Program-made: the position numbers and the translations under genes | Shown here: positions 12,625 through 24,908 of the stretch, piece by piece | Layout: each line of letters starts with the position of its first letter | How positions within the stretch are numbered: the first letter of the stretch is position 1 | From: Mobula hypostoma | Taxonomy: Eukaryota | Length of the DNA: 64,000 nt | Direction of reading: 5' to 3' | NCBI RefSeq assembly: GCF_963921235.1 | Contig: NC_086123.1 | Coordinates: forward strand, 13,950,001-14,014,000 | Notes under the pieces: model-generated | The model's input: the letters and a program-made list of their open reading frames with translations, nothing else | Told to the model about the DNA's origin: nothing | Database searches by the model: none

Positions 12625-13277
12625 CAACACACATAAAAGTTGCTGGTGAACACAGCAGGCCAGGCAGCATCTCTAGGAAGAGGTACAGGTTGACATTTTG
12701 GGCCGAGACCCTTCATCAGGACTAACTGAAAGAAGAGCTAGTAAGAGATTTGAGAGGGGGAGGGGGAGATCTGAAATGATAAGAGAAGACAGGAGGGGGA
12801 GGGATGGAGCCAAGAGCTGGACAGCTGATTGGCAAAAGGGATATGAGAGGACCATGGGACAGGAGGCCTAGGAGAAAGAAAAGGTGGAGGGGGGAAGCCC
12901 AGAGGATGGGCAAGGGGTATAGTGAGGGAGACAGAGGGAGAAAGAGGAGAGAGAGAAAAAGAATGTGTGTATATAAATAAATAACGGATGGGGTACGAGG
13001 GGGAGGTGGGGCATTAGCGGAAGTTTGAGAAGTCAATGTTCATGCCATCAGGTTGGAGGCTACCCAGACGGAAAATAAGGTGTTGTTCCTCCAACCTGAG
13101 TGTGGCTTCATCTTTACAGTAGAGGAGGCCGTGGATAGACATATCAGAATGGGAATGGGACGTGGAATTAAAATGTCTGGCCACTGGGAGATCCTGCTCT
13201 CTCTGGCGGACAGAGCTTAGGTGTTCAGCGAAATGATCTCCCAGTCTGCGTCAGGTCTCGCCAATTTATAGAAGGCC
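12625..13277 (-). mobile_element. Penelope-like retroelement, 5'-truncated (GIY-YIG C-terminus plus 3' UTR)
   Basis: Minus strand reads GLL*IGET*RRLGDHFAEHL...PVARHFNSTSHSHSDMSIHGLLYCKDEATLRLEEQHLIFRLGSLQPDGMNIDFS; 10-bp TSD actaatcaat (12615-12624, 13278-13287). Confidence 0.9.
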
Positions 13278-13387
13278 ACTAATCAATATCCCTTTTTTTG
13301 GATGCAATGTCAAGCTGCCAGCTCATTCAAGCTCATAAAAGATCCCCCTTGGAAGCGTAACCATAATCATTGTTTCTAGGTCTATAG

Positions 13388-13466
13388 CAGGGGTTCCCAA
13401 CCTGGGGTCCATGGACCCCTCAGTTAATGGTAGGGGTCCATGACAAAAGAAGGTTAGGAACCCTTG
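13388..13466. mobile_element. Short hAT MITE
   Basis: TIRs caggggttcccaacct / aggttaggaacccttg; related to copies at 51582 and 55622. Confidence 0.75.
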
Positions 13467-14678
13467 AATTATAGAGAGACGTGCCACAGAACCAGTCCTT
13501 TGGCCTATTAGCCAATGCTGATCATTAACTATCCACTAATCTTACATTAATCAGTTTTCAGTGGCCTATTAACCAACCAACCCATATGCTTTTGGGATAA
13601 GGGAGGAATCTGGAGGAAACAGTCAGAGAGATGAAGTGCAAACTGAGTCTGTGGTGTTCTGAAGTAGCTATTCCACTGTGCTGCCCTTTAACTGAGCCAA
13701 TGCTCTTAATTTATACTGTATTGCTAAACAAAACCTCTGATTATTAGCATATTTTCTTTATAAACAGAACTACTTACTGCTGTGTAGTGTTTTGTGCACC
13801 TTGGTTGTGATTATCCTATATAAATGCTCCTTTCACCAAATGAAAAATGGTGAGCTTATGAAGGGAAAATAAATGTGAAAGAAATCAATGAAGATCAAAA
13901 TGCTGCCGATAGTGAAATCTAAAATAAAAACAAAATTCTAGAAAGACTCAGCAAGCCAGGCAGCATATGTTATGCAGCGAGATGCAAGTAGGGTTAACAT
14001 TCAAGACTTTTTATCAGAATTGGAAGATGTTGAAGATGAACAAATTCTTAACAGACACAACCAAAAGAGAAAGCAAAGGCTCTACTAGTTTGAAGTTTTG
14101 AGGTGATTAAATGACAGAAACAATGATCATACAGGCAAAAGGAGACAATAATTAGACAGATATGGGAAGATCATCCATGTAAACGATTAAATGACCAAAG
14201 CATCAGTCTCATTGGTTCTGATACAGCTAGCTCCCCAAAATCTTGGATTTTTGCATTTGTAAGCACAATGGTTTTGGTTTGCTAGTGAATGGTAATAGTG
14301 GTATTGGCAGTCAGAAAGATCCCCAAGGTTGTGAACTGAAATTTCCTGTTGTGGCCACAGTAAACTTCAACTATTTGCATCTGCAGTTTAAAAAAATGTG
14401 TTTTAAGTGTGACTTTGTTTATACTCTCTTCTTTAGAAAATAAACATTTTGATTTTATCGCATCAAATGAGTGTAGACGGTGGATGTAATTTTTGACTAC
14501 TGTAGCTGAATCACAGTTGAAAAATTTTACTCCATACTTTGTCTCTCAATGGTTCCAAGGACAGATTTTGATAAAAATGCTGCTTCAATATTCAGAAAAT
14601 ATTTTATTTCTGTTTCAGCAATATAACCCGTTGAAGATCTAAAGATCTCAAGAGCAATACTTCCTGAAGAAATAAACA

Positions 14679-15407
14679 ATGGCAACTGAAGCCATAGAGC
14701 AACATCAGAAAGAAGCCATGAATGTTGAGACTATTAGCAGAAGAATGATTGATTATGATCTGATCACACAAAGAGGGGGACCCAAAGCAGATGCTCTGCA
14801 AATCTTAGAACCATTCAGAAGAAAGCTTGCATCAATTGAAGCAGAAAGAATTATTTCAGTAATTGAAAAGACGATTGAGAACTTGGAAAGAGTTACCTTG
14901 CTTCCCCACATTGCCTACAACCTCAGCAGATTCAGTGTCGCTATCGGTTTAGAATTAACATGTGCTCTCAGGGAATACGTTAGAATAGAGCAACACCTGC
15001 ATTTTGCTATTAGTAAATTGAATGAGGAAGAGTTTCCTGAAGAGGAAAATCAAGATGGAAAGCACAAAGTAAAAACCAAAGAAGAGAGAGTAAATGATGT
15101 CAAACTCCTGAAGCAGGCCCTTGGTAGCTCAGTTAAAAGCATCCTCCGGCTCTTTCAGGGAAATCCTTCAGCATGTCAAGTAATTCAAGTGGAATGTAAA
15201 GCTCGGAAACCACCTTGTGTAAGTCTCATTCTGGCACTTATGAAGCTGAAAGACTTGGTGTTTGGAAAACTTTTGGTATCACCCACGGAAGATAAACAAA
15301 AATCTGAGTTTGTGGAAAACATTATTTTGCAAGATAAGCAAAACGTAGAAATTATTGCCACTTTGGAGGCAGAACTGGCAGCAGCCATCCAAGATAAAGA
15401 AAATGAG
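14679..15407 (+). CDS. IQCD: IQCD/DRC10 (dynein regulatory complex subunit 10) coding exon 1
   Basis: KLASIEAERIISVIEKTIENLERVTLLPHI resembles the vertebrate IQCD N-terminus; acceptor tttcag| at 14618, donor GAG|gtaatc at 15408; 243 codons, phase 0. Confidence 0.92.
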
Positions 15408-16771
15408 GTAATCCTTACACCTATTATTAACCTGATATCTTACCCTACCTTAGACAACAGGGTATGTTTATAAGCCGCCTTCTTCTTCTTGCGCCCTTAG
15501 GTCCCCGTGGAATTCATCAATGTTTCTGTAATCTGTTTTATCCACTGTACAGCTTCACCAGCTCCCTGTTGGCTGGCTTTACCAATTTCCACCTGTCGTG
15601 ACAGGGACATGGAATTAGACTTTGAGAAGTATTGATTTTAAGTGGCTATGTATAATTCACCACATTAATTAAAAGTAGATTTTCAAATGCATCCAGGAAC
15701 TTGTACACCAGGCATTTAAAACAAGTTATAATGCTGAGTATGAAACCTTTCCAAAATAGGCATTTCAGTTTGATACCTTTTAGCTAAAATATAGATTTAT
15801 GAACATGAATACATTTATAGATATTTCACATTGTGCAAAAAGGTTAAAATGGCAGCTTTTACATAATTTGCACAACATTTCATTATTCTTGCCTAACTAT
15901 TATTAAGATAAATATTATTGACAGAATATAGCTGAGGCTTGGTTGGCAGATATTGAAAGTACATCCTGTCTTTCCTAATGAAATATTACTCTCTGAACGA
16001 GAGTGGCCATTTATAAGGGTAAAATAGGGTGGGGAGGAGGTAAATAAAAGCTTAGGAAGTCAAGCTGAAAATTGTCTTGTTTGTGTTAGTTTTGATCTTT
16101 TGTAGCTGCCTGCTTTGTTAAGTGATTATCATTCCCTTAAGTAGTTATGTTGCCTTTCTTAAAATAATAATACAATGAATTATATTTGCAAGTGCAAAAT
16201 TTATACTCGAAACCATAGTAGCACAACATTATTATCTTAACCATATTTTCAATTGGTCATTAAAGGTGGGCCAAATTTGATATCGGCATTGTGGCTTGAT
16301 TCACAAGATTATGTGGCCATATGTTCGGAACAGTGTGATGTAATCTTTATCAAAATAATTGGACACAGTTACTAAAATATACAACATGTATGGCATCTCA
16401 CTTTGGCAGACCCTTCACTTAAAGAAAACTCACTTGATGCTTCCAACTGACTGTAATCCTGCCTCCAGCCACCACCAACTTTCAACTGGTGGTGAAAAAC
16501 CCACAGAAATCAAAGAAGTACATGTCAAAACAAGCTGATAGACATGTCATAGTCAAATTTGGTTAAAGAATGGATTTTTGTTTTGTGTCTTCTACAAGAT
16601 TATTAACAGTCCACAGTAAAAATGATCTTAATCACCACCCCCTATCATGAGACATTTGGGCAAACTACTAAGATTCAGAAAGTAAGCTTGTGCAAATTAA
16701 TGTTACTTATCGTTATACTCTGAGAAGCAGAAAAATCACTGAGCTAGATGTGACTTCTGCGGACATTTTTT

Positions 16772-17305
16772 TTAGATTATGAAGACACACAGTCCTCTTT
16801 TATTGTCATTTAGTAATGCATGCATTAAGAAATGATACAATATTTCCTCCGGTGTGATAGCACAAAACACAGGACAAACCAAGACTGAAAAAACTGACAA
16901 AACCACATAACTATAACATATAGTTATAACAGTGCAACGATACCATAACTTGATGAAGAAGTCCATGAGCACAGTAAAAGTTCAAAGTCTCTCAAATGTC
17001 CCACATCTCACGCAGACGGGAGAAGGAAGAAAAACTCTCCCTGCCATGCCGACCACAGTCCGACTCTGAGTCATCCGAAAACTTCGAGCTCTGATCAGCT
17101 CTCCAATACTGAGTACTGAACGCCATCTCTGTCCAAACGATTCGACCTCAACCTTGGTCGCCAACAGCAGGCAAAGCTGGGGATTTTGAGGCCTACCATC
17201 CGAAAGATTCCCGACCACACAGTAACGACAGCAGCGAACGAGCGTTTCAGAAATTTCTCCAGATATTCCTCTGTGCTTTCACATCCATCCTCCATCAAAT
17301 CAGAA
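16772..17305 (-). repeat. Interspersed repeat, LINE 3'-UTR-like
   Basis: CpG-rich block distinct from its AT-rich flanks, with minus-strand ..gacaataaaagaggactg.. end; family not determined. Confidence 0.55.
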
Positions 17306-18556
17306 TTTTTGGCTTTCTTATAGACATGTACCTTGTTGTTAGCATTCATGTAAATTTATATTTTGTTTCAGAATATCTAATTTAAACAGGATTCACTGTA
17401 TTCATACTTTGGTACATCATTTCTAATTTTGTAATGGTTTCAGCCTCATTAGAGAGCAATAACTACTACTGATTCATATTCACTTGTGAGAACAGTTTGA
17501 AACTGCCTCATTCAATGCAGCATATAGACAAACTGTATTAAATCAATGGCTTAGTAGAAAATAACCAGTTGCTGTATTATGCACACAACTCTAATCTCCT
17601 TGAATGACATCAGATGTTCATCCACAACAACTCGCAAACTAAATTCAAGTTCATGCAATGATATATATTTTTAAGAAATATCTTAAGAATAGTTAATGTA
17701 GTAGAGGATGATAAATCACTAGTTAGATATAATTCCAAACATGTACAGAGTAAAACAATAAAAGCATCTCAATCTAGTAACCATCTGAGCAACAACCCAT
17801 TTTTGTGTACTATCAATGAAGACAGCAGAACTTAATCTGCACTAAGCATCATTCATCCCAGGCTGCTGCAACTATAGAGAGAAAATAGGGATGTTACTTC
17901 CAAATCACATTCTCCCTTTTCAAAAAAGCATTGATATTGTTACCAGAAGCAAACCCACTGAATATAAACTCAAGTTCTTTATATTTTTTATTAAGTAAAC
18001 CAGTGTGCTTTGGTCCTGTTATAGCTATTGGATTCATTTTTGTTATCTCACACTTGTTCAGAATTTTATGAAATAGACTCACAAGCAACAAGAATGTGGC
18101 TCTTTTTTTTTACAGAATCAGTGATGCAGCACAGCAGGAGAGTATTCAACTTATTATGCCTCAGTCAGCTCTTTGAAAGAGTTATTTGGTTTAACCTAGT
18201 CTGCTGCCCCCCTAACACATGCCTTTGTTAGGGTCATACCTCGTGTTACTGCCATTATATCATAATTGTGTATGGCTGGTAATGCATGCAATACAGCGAT
18301 ATATATGACTTCCTGGCATTTACATGTATGCACTCTAAACCTACTTCAATCTTTTGAATTGCCACTCATCTTCTACTCTTTCATTGGATAAGAGTTTGCT
18401 TTCAGAAAGGTAGTAATAGGAGAAAATTCAGGTAAATGAAACATCTTAAATCCATTCCATTTAAGGCACCAGTGACTTTTATAAGGATTACTTCAGCTTT
18501 AGCTGTTTGAGTAAGAAACAAGATTTAAGGTAAAAAGGACATAGATTATTCAAGTG

Positions 18557-18777
18557 ACACACATAAAAGTTGCTGGTGAACGCAGCAGGCCAGGCAGTAT
18601 CTCTAGGAAGAGGTACAGTCGATGTTTCGGGCCAAGACCCTTCGTCAGGTCTCGAAGGGTCTCAGCCCGAAACGTCGACTGTACCTCTTCCTAGAGATGC
18701 TGCCTGGCCTGCTGCGTTCACCAGCAACTTTTATGTGTGTTGCTTGAAATTCCAGCATCTGCAGATTTCCTCGTGTT
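18557..18777. mobile_element. Penelope-derived inverted (palindromic) insertion
   Basis: ~88-bp inverted arms around an 8-nt spacer; perfect 15-bp TSD tagattattcaagtg (18542-18556, 18778-18792). Confidence 0.9.
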
Positions 18778-19193
18778 TAGATTATTCAAGTGTTCCTTCT
18801 GCAGCAGCTAAATTTGCAATTGCCAACACAGTACCTAAATATGAAAACTGATTCTCTTAATCATAGTGCAAGAGAAACTGGGGGACTAATATCAGGATGC
18901 ATAATTATAATATATGCCGACTGGCCCTTAGATAGGCACATGAATATATAGAGAATAGAACGATATGGACCATGTGCAGGCAGAAGGGATTAATTTAATT
19001 AGGTATCATTAGCTTAATTAGTTTGGCACAACATCATGGACCAAAATGCCTGTTCCTATACAGTACTGTTCATTGTTTGAAGTAGCCATGTTGATATAGG
19101 CAAGTGGTATATTTAATGTTTTGAAAACAAATCCTACTTAATAATATATATCAATAACAATATCTTAACATCAAATATACATTCTATTACCAG

Positions 19194-19427
19194 ATGTTGA
19201 AGAAGAACGAGATAATTCGAAAACTTAAAAACAACCTGCTTCAACTTGACTTATTCTCAGAAGATTACATTCGTCAAATTAAGCAAGATGCGGAAAAACA
19301 GCAGCAAGCTGATCAGAAAGATTCAGAAGGGCGAGTGGTCAAGTTACAGGAAGAAATATCTCAGCTTCGAACCCAGCTGAACAACTTGATTACAGAGCAC
19401 AGAACGTTTGAGCAAGCATTAAGAAGG
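19194..19427 (+). CDS. IQCD: IQCD coding exon 2
   Basis: ccag|ATGTTG...AGAAGG|gtacat; coiled-coil MLKKNEIIRKLKNNL...EQALRR; 78 codons. Confidence 0.92.
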
Positions 19428-19679
19428 GTACATATACATATTCTAGTAATAGCCCGATATTCCATTTTTCATTATCGATTAAGTTACATAAGAACATAAT
19501 ATGTGCTGCATTTCTTGTGAAAATGCACAATTATTTCTGTTGGTCAGAAATAAATTAACCAAGTTTAAAAAATATACAAATTAGGTTGGATTGGGTTGAG
19601 CAGATGAACACTGAGCTCCATATTGACTAGTTATGTTTAAACTTCATATTGCCCTGAATTCAATGGTGCAATTTAATAT

Positions 19680-20505
19680 CAGAGAATGTATACAGTGTAC
19701 AATGTGAAATTCTTATTCTTTGCAGACATCCACAGAACAGTAAAACCCCCAAAGAATGAACGACAGAAAACATAAGTACACCAAAGGCCCCTCCCCCTCA
19801 CCCTCCCCTCCCACACAAAAGCAGCAGCCAAAGCATTGACTCTTCCCCTCTCCCAACTTGCCCCAGTGAAAGCACTGATCCCCCTCCCCACAATATGCAA
19901 GCAATAGCAACAACCTCCAAAGAGACTTTGATCTAGAGCCCATCAAAAAACTACAGTCTATCCCAACACTTTGGTATCTCAGACAGGCTGTCTCTCACCA
20001 GCAAGGGAGAGAGAGATCACTCCTGCAACAACGAGAGCGGGAGACCAGCCACTCGCTGTTTCGATGCTGCAATCTTCCACATTGCTTCTCTGAGTCCCCC
20101 GACTCGAGGACCAACAGGCCCTCGCTCACCATCAAAAAGAGAGAGAGAGAGAAGATCACTCAACTACAAGGGCCCTCTTCCGAACAGCAGCACACACTGC
20201 CTGCTGTCTCGATGTTTCACTCCCCCACGACGCTTCAGTCGGCGATATTGGTGAGGAAGTGGGTCGTCCACGGGGCTACACCCTAAGGTGCATGTCTTCC
20301 AGGCCACTCCTGGAGATATCGAAATGCCAGGCCGCAGGGTGCTCATGGAGAACCGTACTGTGAGCTGCAGCTGTAGATCAAGGGTTCCAACAGCACCCCA
20401 GCCACCTTGAAAAGAAATGAAAGATACGATGAAAGAAGAATAGGCTGTTTTGCGGATGAACTGGAAGAAGTCACCTAGGTCTGCAAAAACATCTGACACC
20501 ATTTT
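19680..20505 (-). repeat. Interspersed repeat, LINE 3'-UTR-like
   Basis: GC-richer block; the minus strand carries an aagaatttc..ttgtacact.tatac end motif similar to that near 2560-2600. Confidence 0.45.
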
Positions 20506-20812
20506 TTCTAGTACAAATATTGGTGAATGGAGGATGATTCAAGATCCCTGTTCCTGGTTGTGATTTGTTAATTACTGTAATGCTCCCTGTGGTTTAATAA
20601 CACCTGACACGAAAACTATAGTCTCATAAGTCATGACCTAATTAGGTCTTAAAAGAAAATTATTGTTTATGACTAAGAGAGGAAGCAAAATTATCACAAA
20701 AAGGACACAAAAGTATGCAGATGTACAGCATAACATAAATTCTAAACAATGGTGATAAGTCCTGCAACTCAATGTATTTCTATATTATGTCTTCAACAAA
20801 TAAATGTTAATA

Positions 20813-20966
20813 CAGGTCGACCTTCACTAATCCAACTACCTGTAATCCGGTTCCTTCGATAATCCAGCACCGATTATGCCTGATGTGATCCTTCTGTAAT
20901 TCGGCAATTTCACTAATCTGGCACTCCTCAGGTCCCAATGGTGCCGGATTAGTGAAGGTCGACCTG
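20813..20966. mobile_element. Tc1/mariner-pogo (Tigger-like) MITE
   Basis: Perfect 21-bp TIR caggtcgaccttcactaatcc; TA on both flanks. Confidence 0.92.
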
Positions 20967-21730
20967 TATCTACAATCCTGAAAAAGAAAGAAGAACATGT
21001 TCAAAAGTTGTAGACTTGAAACAAAATAGAATGTGCCAGAAATATGACAAAATCTTTTGTGGCTAGGTTTAGAATAAAACAGAGGCAAATAGTAATCAAA
21101 CACAACAAATTAAGTACTAAGCCAATTAACAAATAGTATTTAATATTCTGCATTTGGCAAAGAACCAACCAAACCAGCAAAAACAAAGATAGGTACCATT
21201 CTGGAAAGGTTTAGGATATACCCATGTTCATTGAATTCTTGTCTCAATAAGGTAACAAAGCAAACTACCATCCTTTGTACACATGTAAATATTTTTATCA
21301 ATATTCCAACACTCCTTAAGTACATGCATAATTCTTCACAAATGAACATACCTTAGATTTTAATCATGTGCATTCCAAAAGTCAGTGGTCATGGTAAGCA
21401 AGAAAATAAACACTTGTCTTAATTTCTATCTCTGACAATATGACGGCAAATTAAGAACTATGGGATGACTGACATTATTTTAAATTTGTTTATGAGAATC
21501 AAATTTGATTGTTTAATTTACTGTAGATATATCAATCAGCAAAATTGCATTTTATCTACATTCTATCCACTAGGGATTTTCCAGTTAATTTATAAAATAA
21601 GTATTTAGTATTAATTGCTGGTAGTAGATTACAATTAATTTCTAGATTTAATAGTAAGTCCTCTTTTTCTGTGAGGATTAATTTATATTGTTGCTAGAAT
21701 CTGATATTTCATCTTTATGACATATTTCAG

Positions 21731-21802
21731 CGCAAGTTCAAAACTGAAACAGAGATTGAAAACTGGATCCAGAAATATGATGCTGACATGCAAGAAAAGC
21801 AG
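21731..21802 (+). CDS. IQCD: IQCD coding exon 3
   Basis: tttcag|CGC...CAG|gtatga; RKFKTETEIENWIQKYDADMQEKQ matches the conserved ETEIENWIQKYD motif. Confidence 0.95.
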
Positions 21803-21944
21803 GTATGATTCCTAAGAACTGTTCTTATTTATCTTTGTACGGAAATTGTGAAGCTTCAAGGGAATTGGGCTGAATAATAAATACCAGGCTTGCCAGCAAT
21901 GCCTATGATCCGTAATTTTTTTTTTAGTTGGGAGCACTAAATTG

Positions 21945-22672
21945 AGTTATAGAGTCATACAGCATGGAACTAGGATGCCTGTCTAACTCATCATCTTAAC
22001 TGTGTGTGGCTTACATCCCTTCAAATGTGCCTCAGCCAGGTACCTATTCAAATATCTTTTAAACATTTTTATTGTACCCACCTTTACCACTTCCTCCGGC
22101 ATCTTGTTCCATATACCCATCCACTGCTGTGTGAAAAAGGTGCTCCTTCAGGTCTGTCTTAATTTTTTTTCGCACTCAGCTTAAATAGCTTTAGACTGTC
22201 CTATGATGGAGAAAAAAGGACTGCAACCATCCATCTTTTCAATGCTCCTCATGAATTTATAATCCTCTAATAACATCACCTCTCAGATGCCTCCAGTCCA
22301 GGGGAAGCAGTCCCAGCCTGTACACTTTACTTACAGTTCAAGCCCTTCAGTTCAATCTTCTAGTGAAACTTCTCTGCACCCTGTCTAGCTTAGTCACATC
22401 CTTCTTATAATAAGGTAACCATAAGTGCATGCAATATTTCCCTGTAGTTTCGTCAACATCTTATTCAACTGTAACATGATGTCCCAACTCTAATACTTAT
22501 TGATAAAGGTGGGCAAATCATAAGCTTCTTCACCACCCTAACTACGTTGCCATTTTTAGACAACTATGTCTTTGGACCTGGGATCTCTCAGTTCTGAAGC
22601 ATATCTCAGGACCCTGTCAGTCACTCTGTATGTTCTAGGTTGATTCAATTTCGAAAAATGTATTACTTCACA
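21945..22672 (-). mobile_element. Old degraded CR1 fragment
   Basis: Antisense CR1 3' motifs (accacttcctccggc, ctctgcaccct, gtcacatccttc). Confidence 0.6.
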
Positions 22673-22747
22673 TTTTGAGTTCAAAATGCAACATTAAGTC
22701 AATATAATTTAATTTTAAAGATAGGTTGTGATGTGCTGCTATTACAG

Positions 22748-22980
22748 ATGGAACATAGATCTTTACTGAGAGGGGGATCCAGTTCCAGCACTGGAAACAT
22801 AAGATAAAATCATTCGAATTGGAATATATTCAGATTGTAGAAGACAGAAAAAGAAAAGCGGAGGAAAAGACAGCCAGAGTGGAGTAAAAATACCAGCTAG
22901 ACAAAGTAGATGTTACCGTCCAGCCATTCTGGAAAGGTTACAAAGTCCATCAATCAAAATCAATCAGTGATCAGCCTTGA
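22748..22980 (+). pseudogene. Decayed duplicate of the IQCD terminal exon (pseudoexon)
   Basis: Translates HKIKSFELEYIQIVEDRKRKAEEKTARVE*KYQLDKVDVTVQPFWKGYKVHQ versus exon 4 QKIELLESEYIQIVEGRKRKAEEKAAKDEQIYLMGRAAVMIQAFWKGYKVRQ; TAA at 22885-22887. Confidence 0.88.
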
Positions 22981-23617
22981 ATGTTTTTTTAAAAAAAGCA
23001 AAGCAATAGGCATTTGGAATTTTGTTTTGGCAGTTCTCTCACTATATTCAATTCTGGTAAATGCTGGATAGTAGGAATTTTGCAATACTCAAAACACGCT
23101 GAGTTCCTCCACCGTGTTGTGAGTGTTGCTTTGACCCCAGCATCTACAGAGTATTTTGTGTTTAGTAGGAATTTTCACTGTCCTTGCATGAATGTCCTTG
23201 AAGCATTTATCCTTTGATGAACCTCTGCCATAACAGGAAATACTGAAATGCTAAGTTTGTCAGCGTAACAAATTAATATGATGCGAACCTTGGGGAAACA
23301 TTTTCAAAATCACGTTCCTCTGAAAACCTTATATTACAGAAGGAATGGTAGAGAGATTGATCCATTTTTATATGAAAATTGGTGAGATATCCATTAAAGA
23401 TCTGATAATCAAAATGAACCAGAGTTTAAGTTTGAAACCTACAAGGACTCATAGAGGACATTTCTTAAAGATGGTTCAAGAGATTGTAACCAGAGGAAAA
23501 TAATCACATAAAATGTCAATATATTGTAAAGTATTTTATTTAGAAAACAAATCAATGTTGAATGCAGTATTAATAATGAATGGGTTATCAAAATGTATTA
23601 AAATTATGTTCTACCAG

Positions 23618-23896
23618 GATGAATATGAACAGCTTGTTAAAATCAACAAAGATGAAGGTGTTCTGCTCTCTGAGTTAGAACAAAAGATTGAATTACTTGA
23701 GTCGGAATATATTCAGATTGTAGAAGGGAGAAAGAGAAAAGCAGAGGAAAAGGCGGCAAAAGATGAGCAAATATACCTCATGGGAAGAGCAGCTGTTATG
23801 ATCCAGGCATTCTGGAAAGGTTACAAAGTCCGCCAATTGATGAAATCATTAAAGAAGAAAAAGAAAAAGGGGAAAGGAAAAAAGAAGAAGAGCTGA
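23618..23896 (+). CDS. IQCD: IQCD coding exon 4 (IQ motif, lysine-rich tail, stop)
   Basis: ctaccag|GAT; AAVMIQAFWKGYKVR IQ motif; KKKKKKGKGKKKKS*; total protein 437 aa. Confidence 0.95.
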   Translation, partial: DEYEQLVKINKDEGVLLSELEQKIELLESEYIQIVEGRKRKAEEKAAKDEQIYLMGRAAVMIQAFWKGYKVRQLMKSLKKKKKKGKGKKKKS

Positions 23897-24007
23897 TGGA
23901 GAGAGAGAGTGTAAATAAATATAACATCCATCTTCCAAAAATGTTTTGCAAATCATTGATGTTTTCTTCACTAATGCGGTTTACACAAACATCTTCTATT
24001 TTACAAA

Positions 24008-24019
24008 AATAAAAATAAA
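24008..24019 (+). terminator. Candidate IQCD polyadenylation signals
   Basis: Two adjacent AATAAA ~110 nt after the stop, with GT-rich sequence downstream. Confidence 0.55.
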
Positions 24020-24619
24020 CTCTTAACCTTGTGGTCTCAGTGTACGAGTGTGTATATGTAACACACAATGGGCTGAAATATACTCAGAAAAAATGTAGAA
24101 CGCTGATAGCACTCAGTAGCCCAAGCAATTTTGAAAGTGTAAGTTGACATAAAAGACCCTATGTCAGAACTACATCTTCTGTCTCCACAGACGTTGCTTG
24201 ACATGCTGTTCTTCTAGGATTTTTTTTTCCAGATTCCAGCATCTAGAGTCTTTTTGTTTCCTCAAATGATACTCAGCCATAAACATTGATGTTTTCATTG
24301 GAGAGCAACTTGCCTCTACCTCAGACTTCTTTACCTAGAGATCAAGGATCTGGGGATCCAGAGCCTTTGCTGAGCTCCTAGACCACCATTAGATTTATGA
24401 CCGTGTTCGGGAGCAGAGCACAAATATGCAAAGTTGTGGGACTGAATGTACTTTGCAACAGGCCAAATACAGCATCATGAAGTAAGTCATAGTGTAGTCC
24501 TTAATCAAATGGTAGCTTTTCCTTCCAATTAGCTACTTTATTTTTAATTAACCACCACCATGTTAGAGAAAAGCAATTACATATTACCGTTCCACCCAAT
24601 AGTATTTTGGCAAGTAAAG

Positions 24620-24908
24620 GGTACCACAGTCACATAGTGGTTTGCAGGGCACCATTACAGCTTGGGATGTTCTGGAGTTCAGAGTTCAATTCCAATGCCC
24701 CTCCATTAGAAGTCTATGTACATCCTCTCCACGGAATGCATGGGTTTTCCCTGGGTGCTCCGGTTTCCTCCCACAGTCCAAATACATATCAGATAGGTTC
24801 ATTGGTTATTCTAAATTGTCTGTGATTAGGTTAGGATTAATCATGGTTGTGGAGTTGCTGGGGCCTGAAGGGCTGGAAGGTCCTACTCCATGCTGTATCA
24901 TTAGATAA
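24620..24908 (+). mobile_element. V-SINE-like element, degraded
   Basis: Core tgcatgggttttccctgggtgctccggtttcctcccacagtccaaa. Confidence 0.7.

Noticed and set aside
23513-23617. ATG-initiated N-terminal extension of the IQ-motif ORF
   Set aside because: Intronic; IQCD similarity starts at the acceptor at 23617/23618
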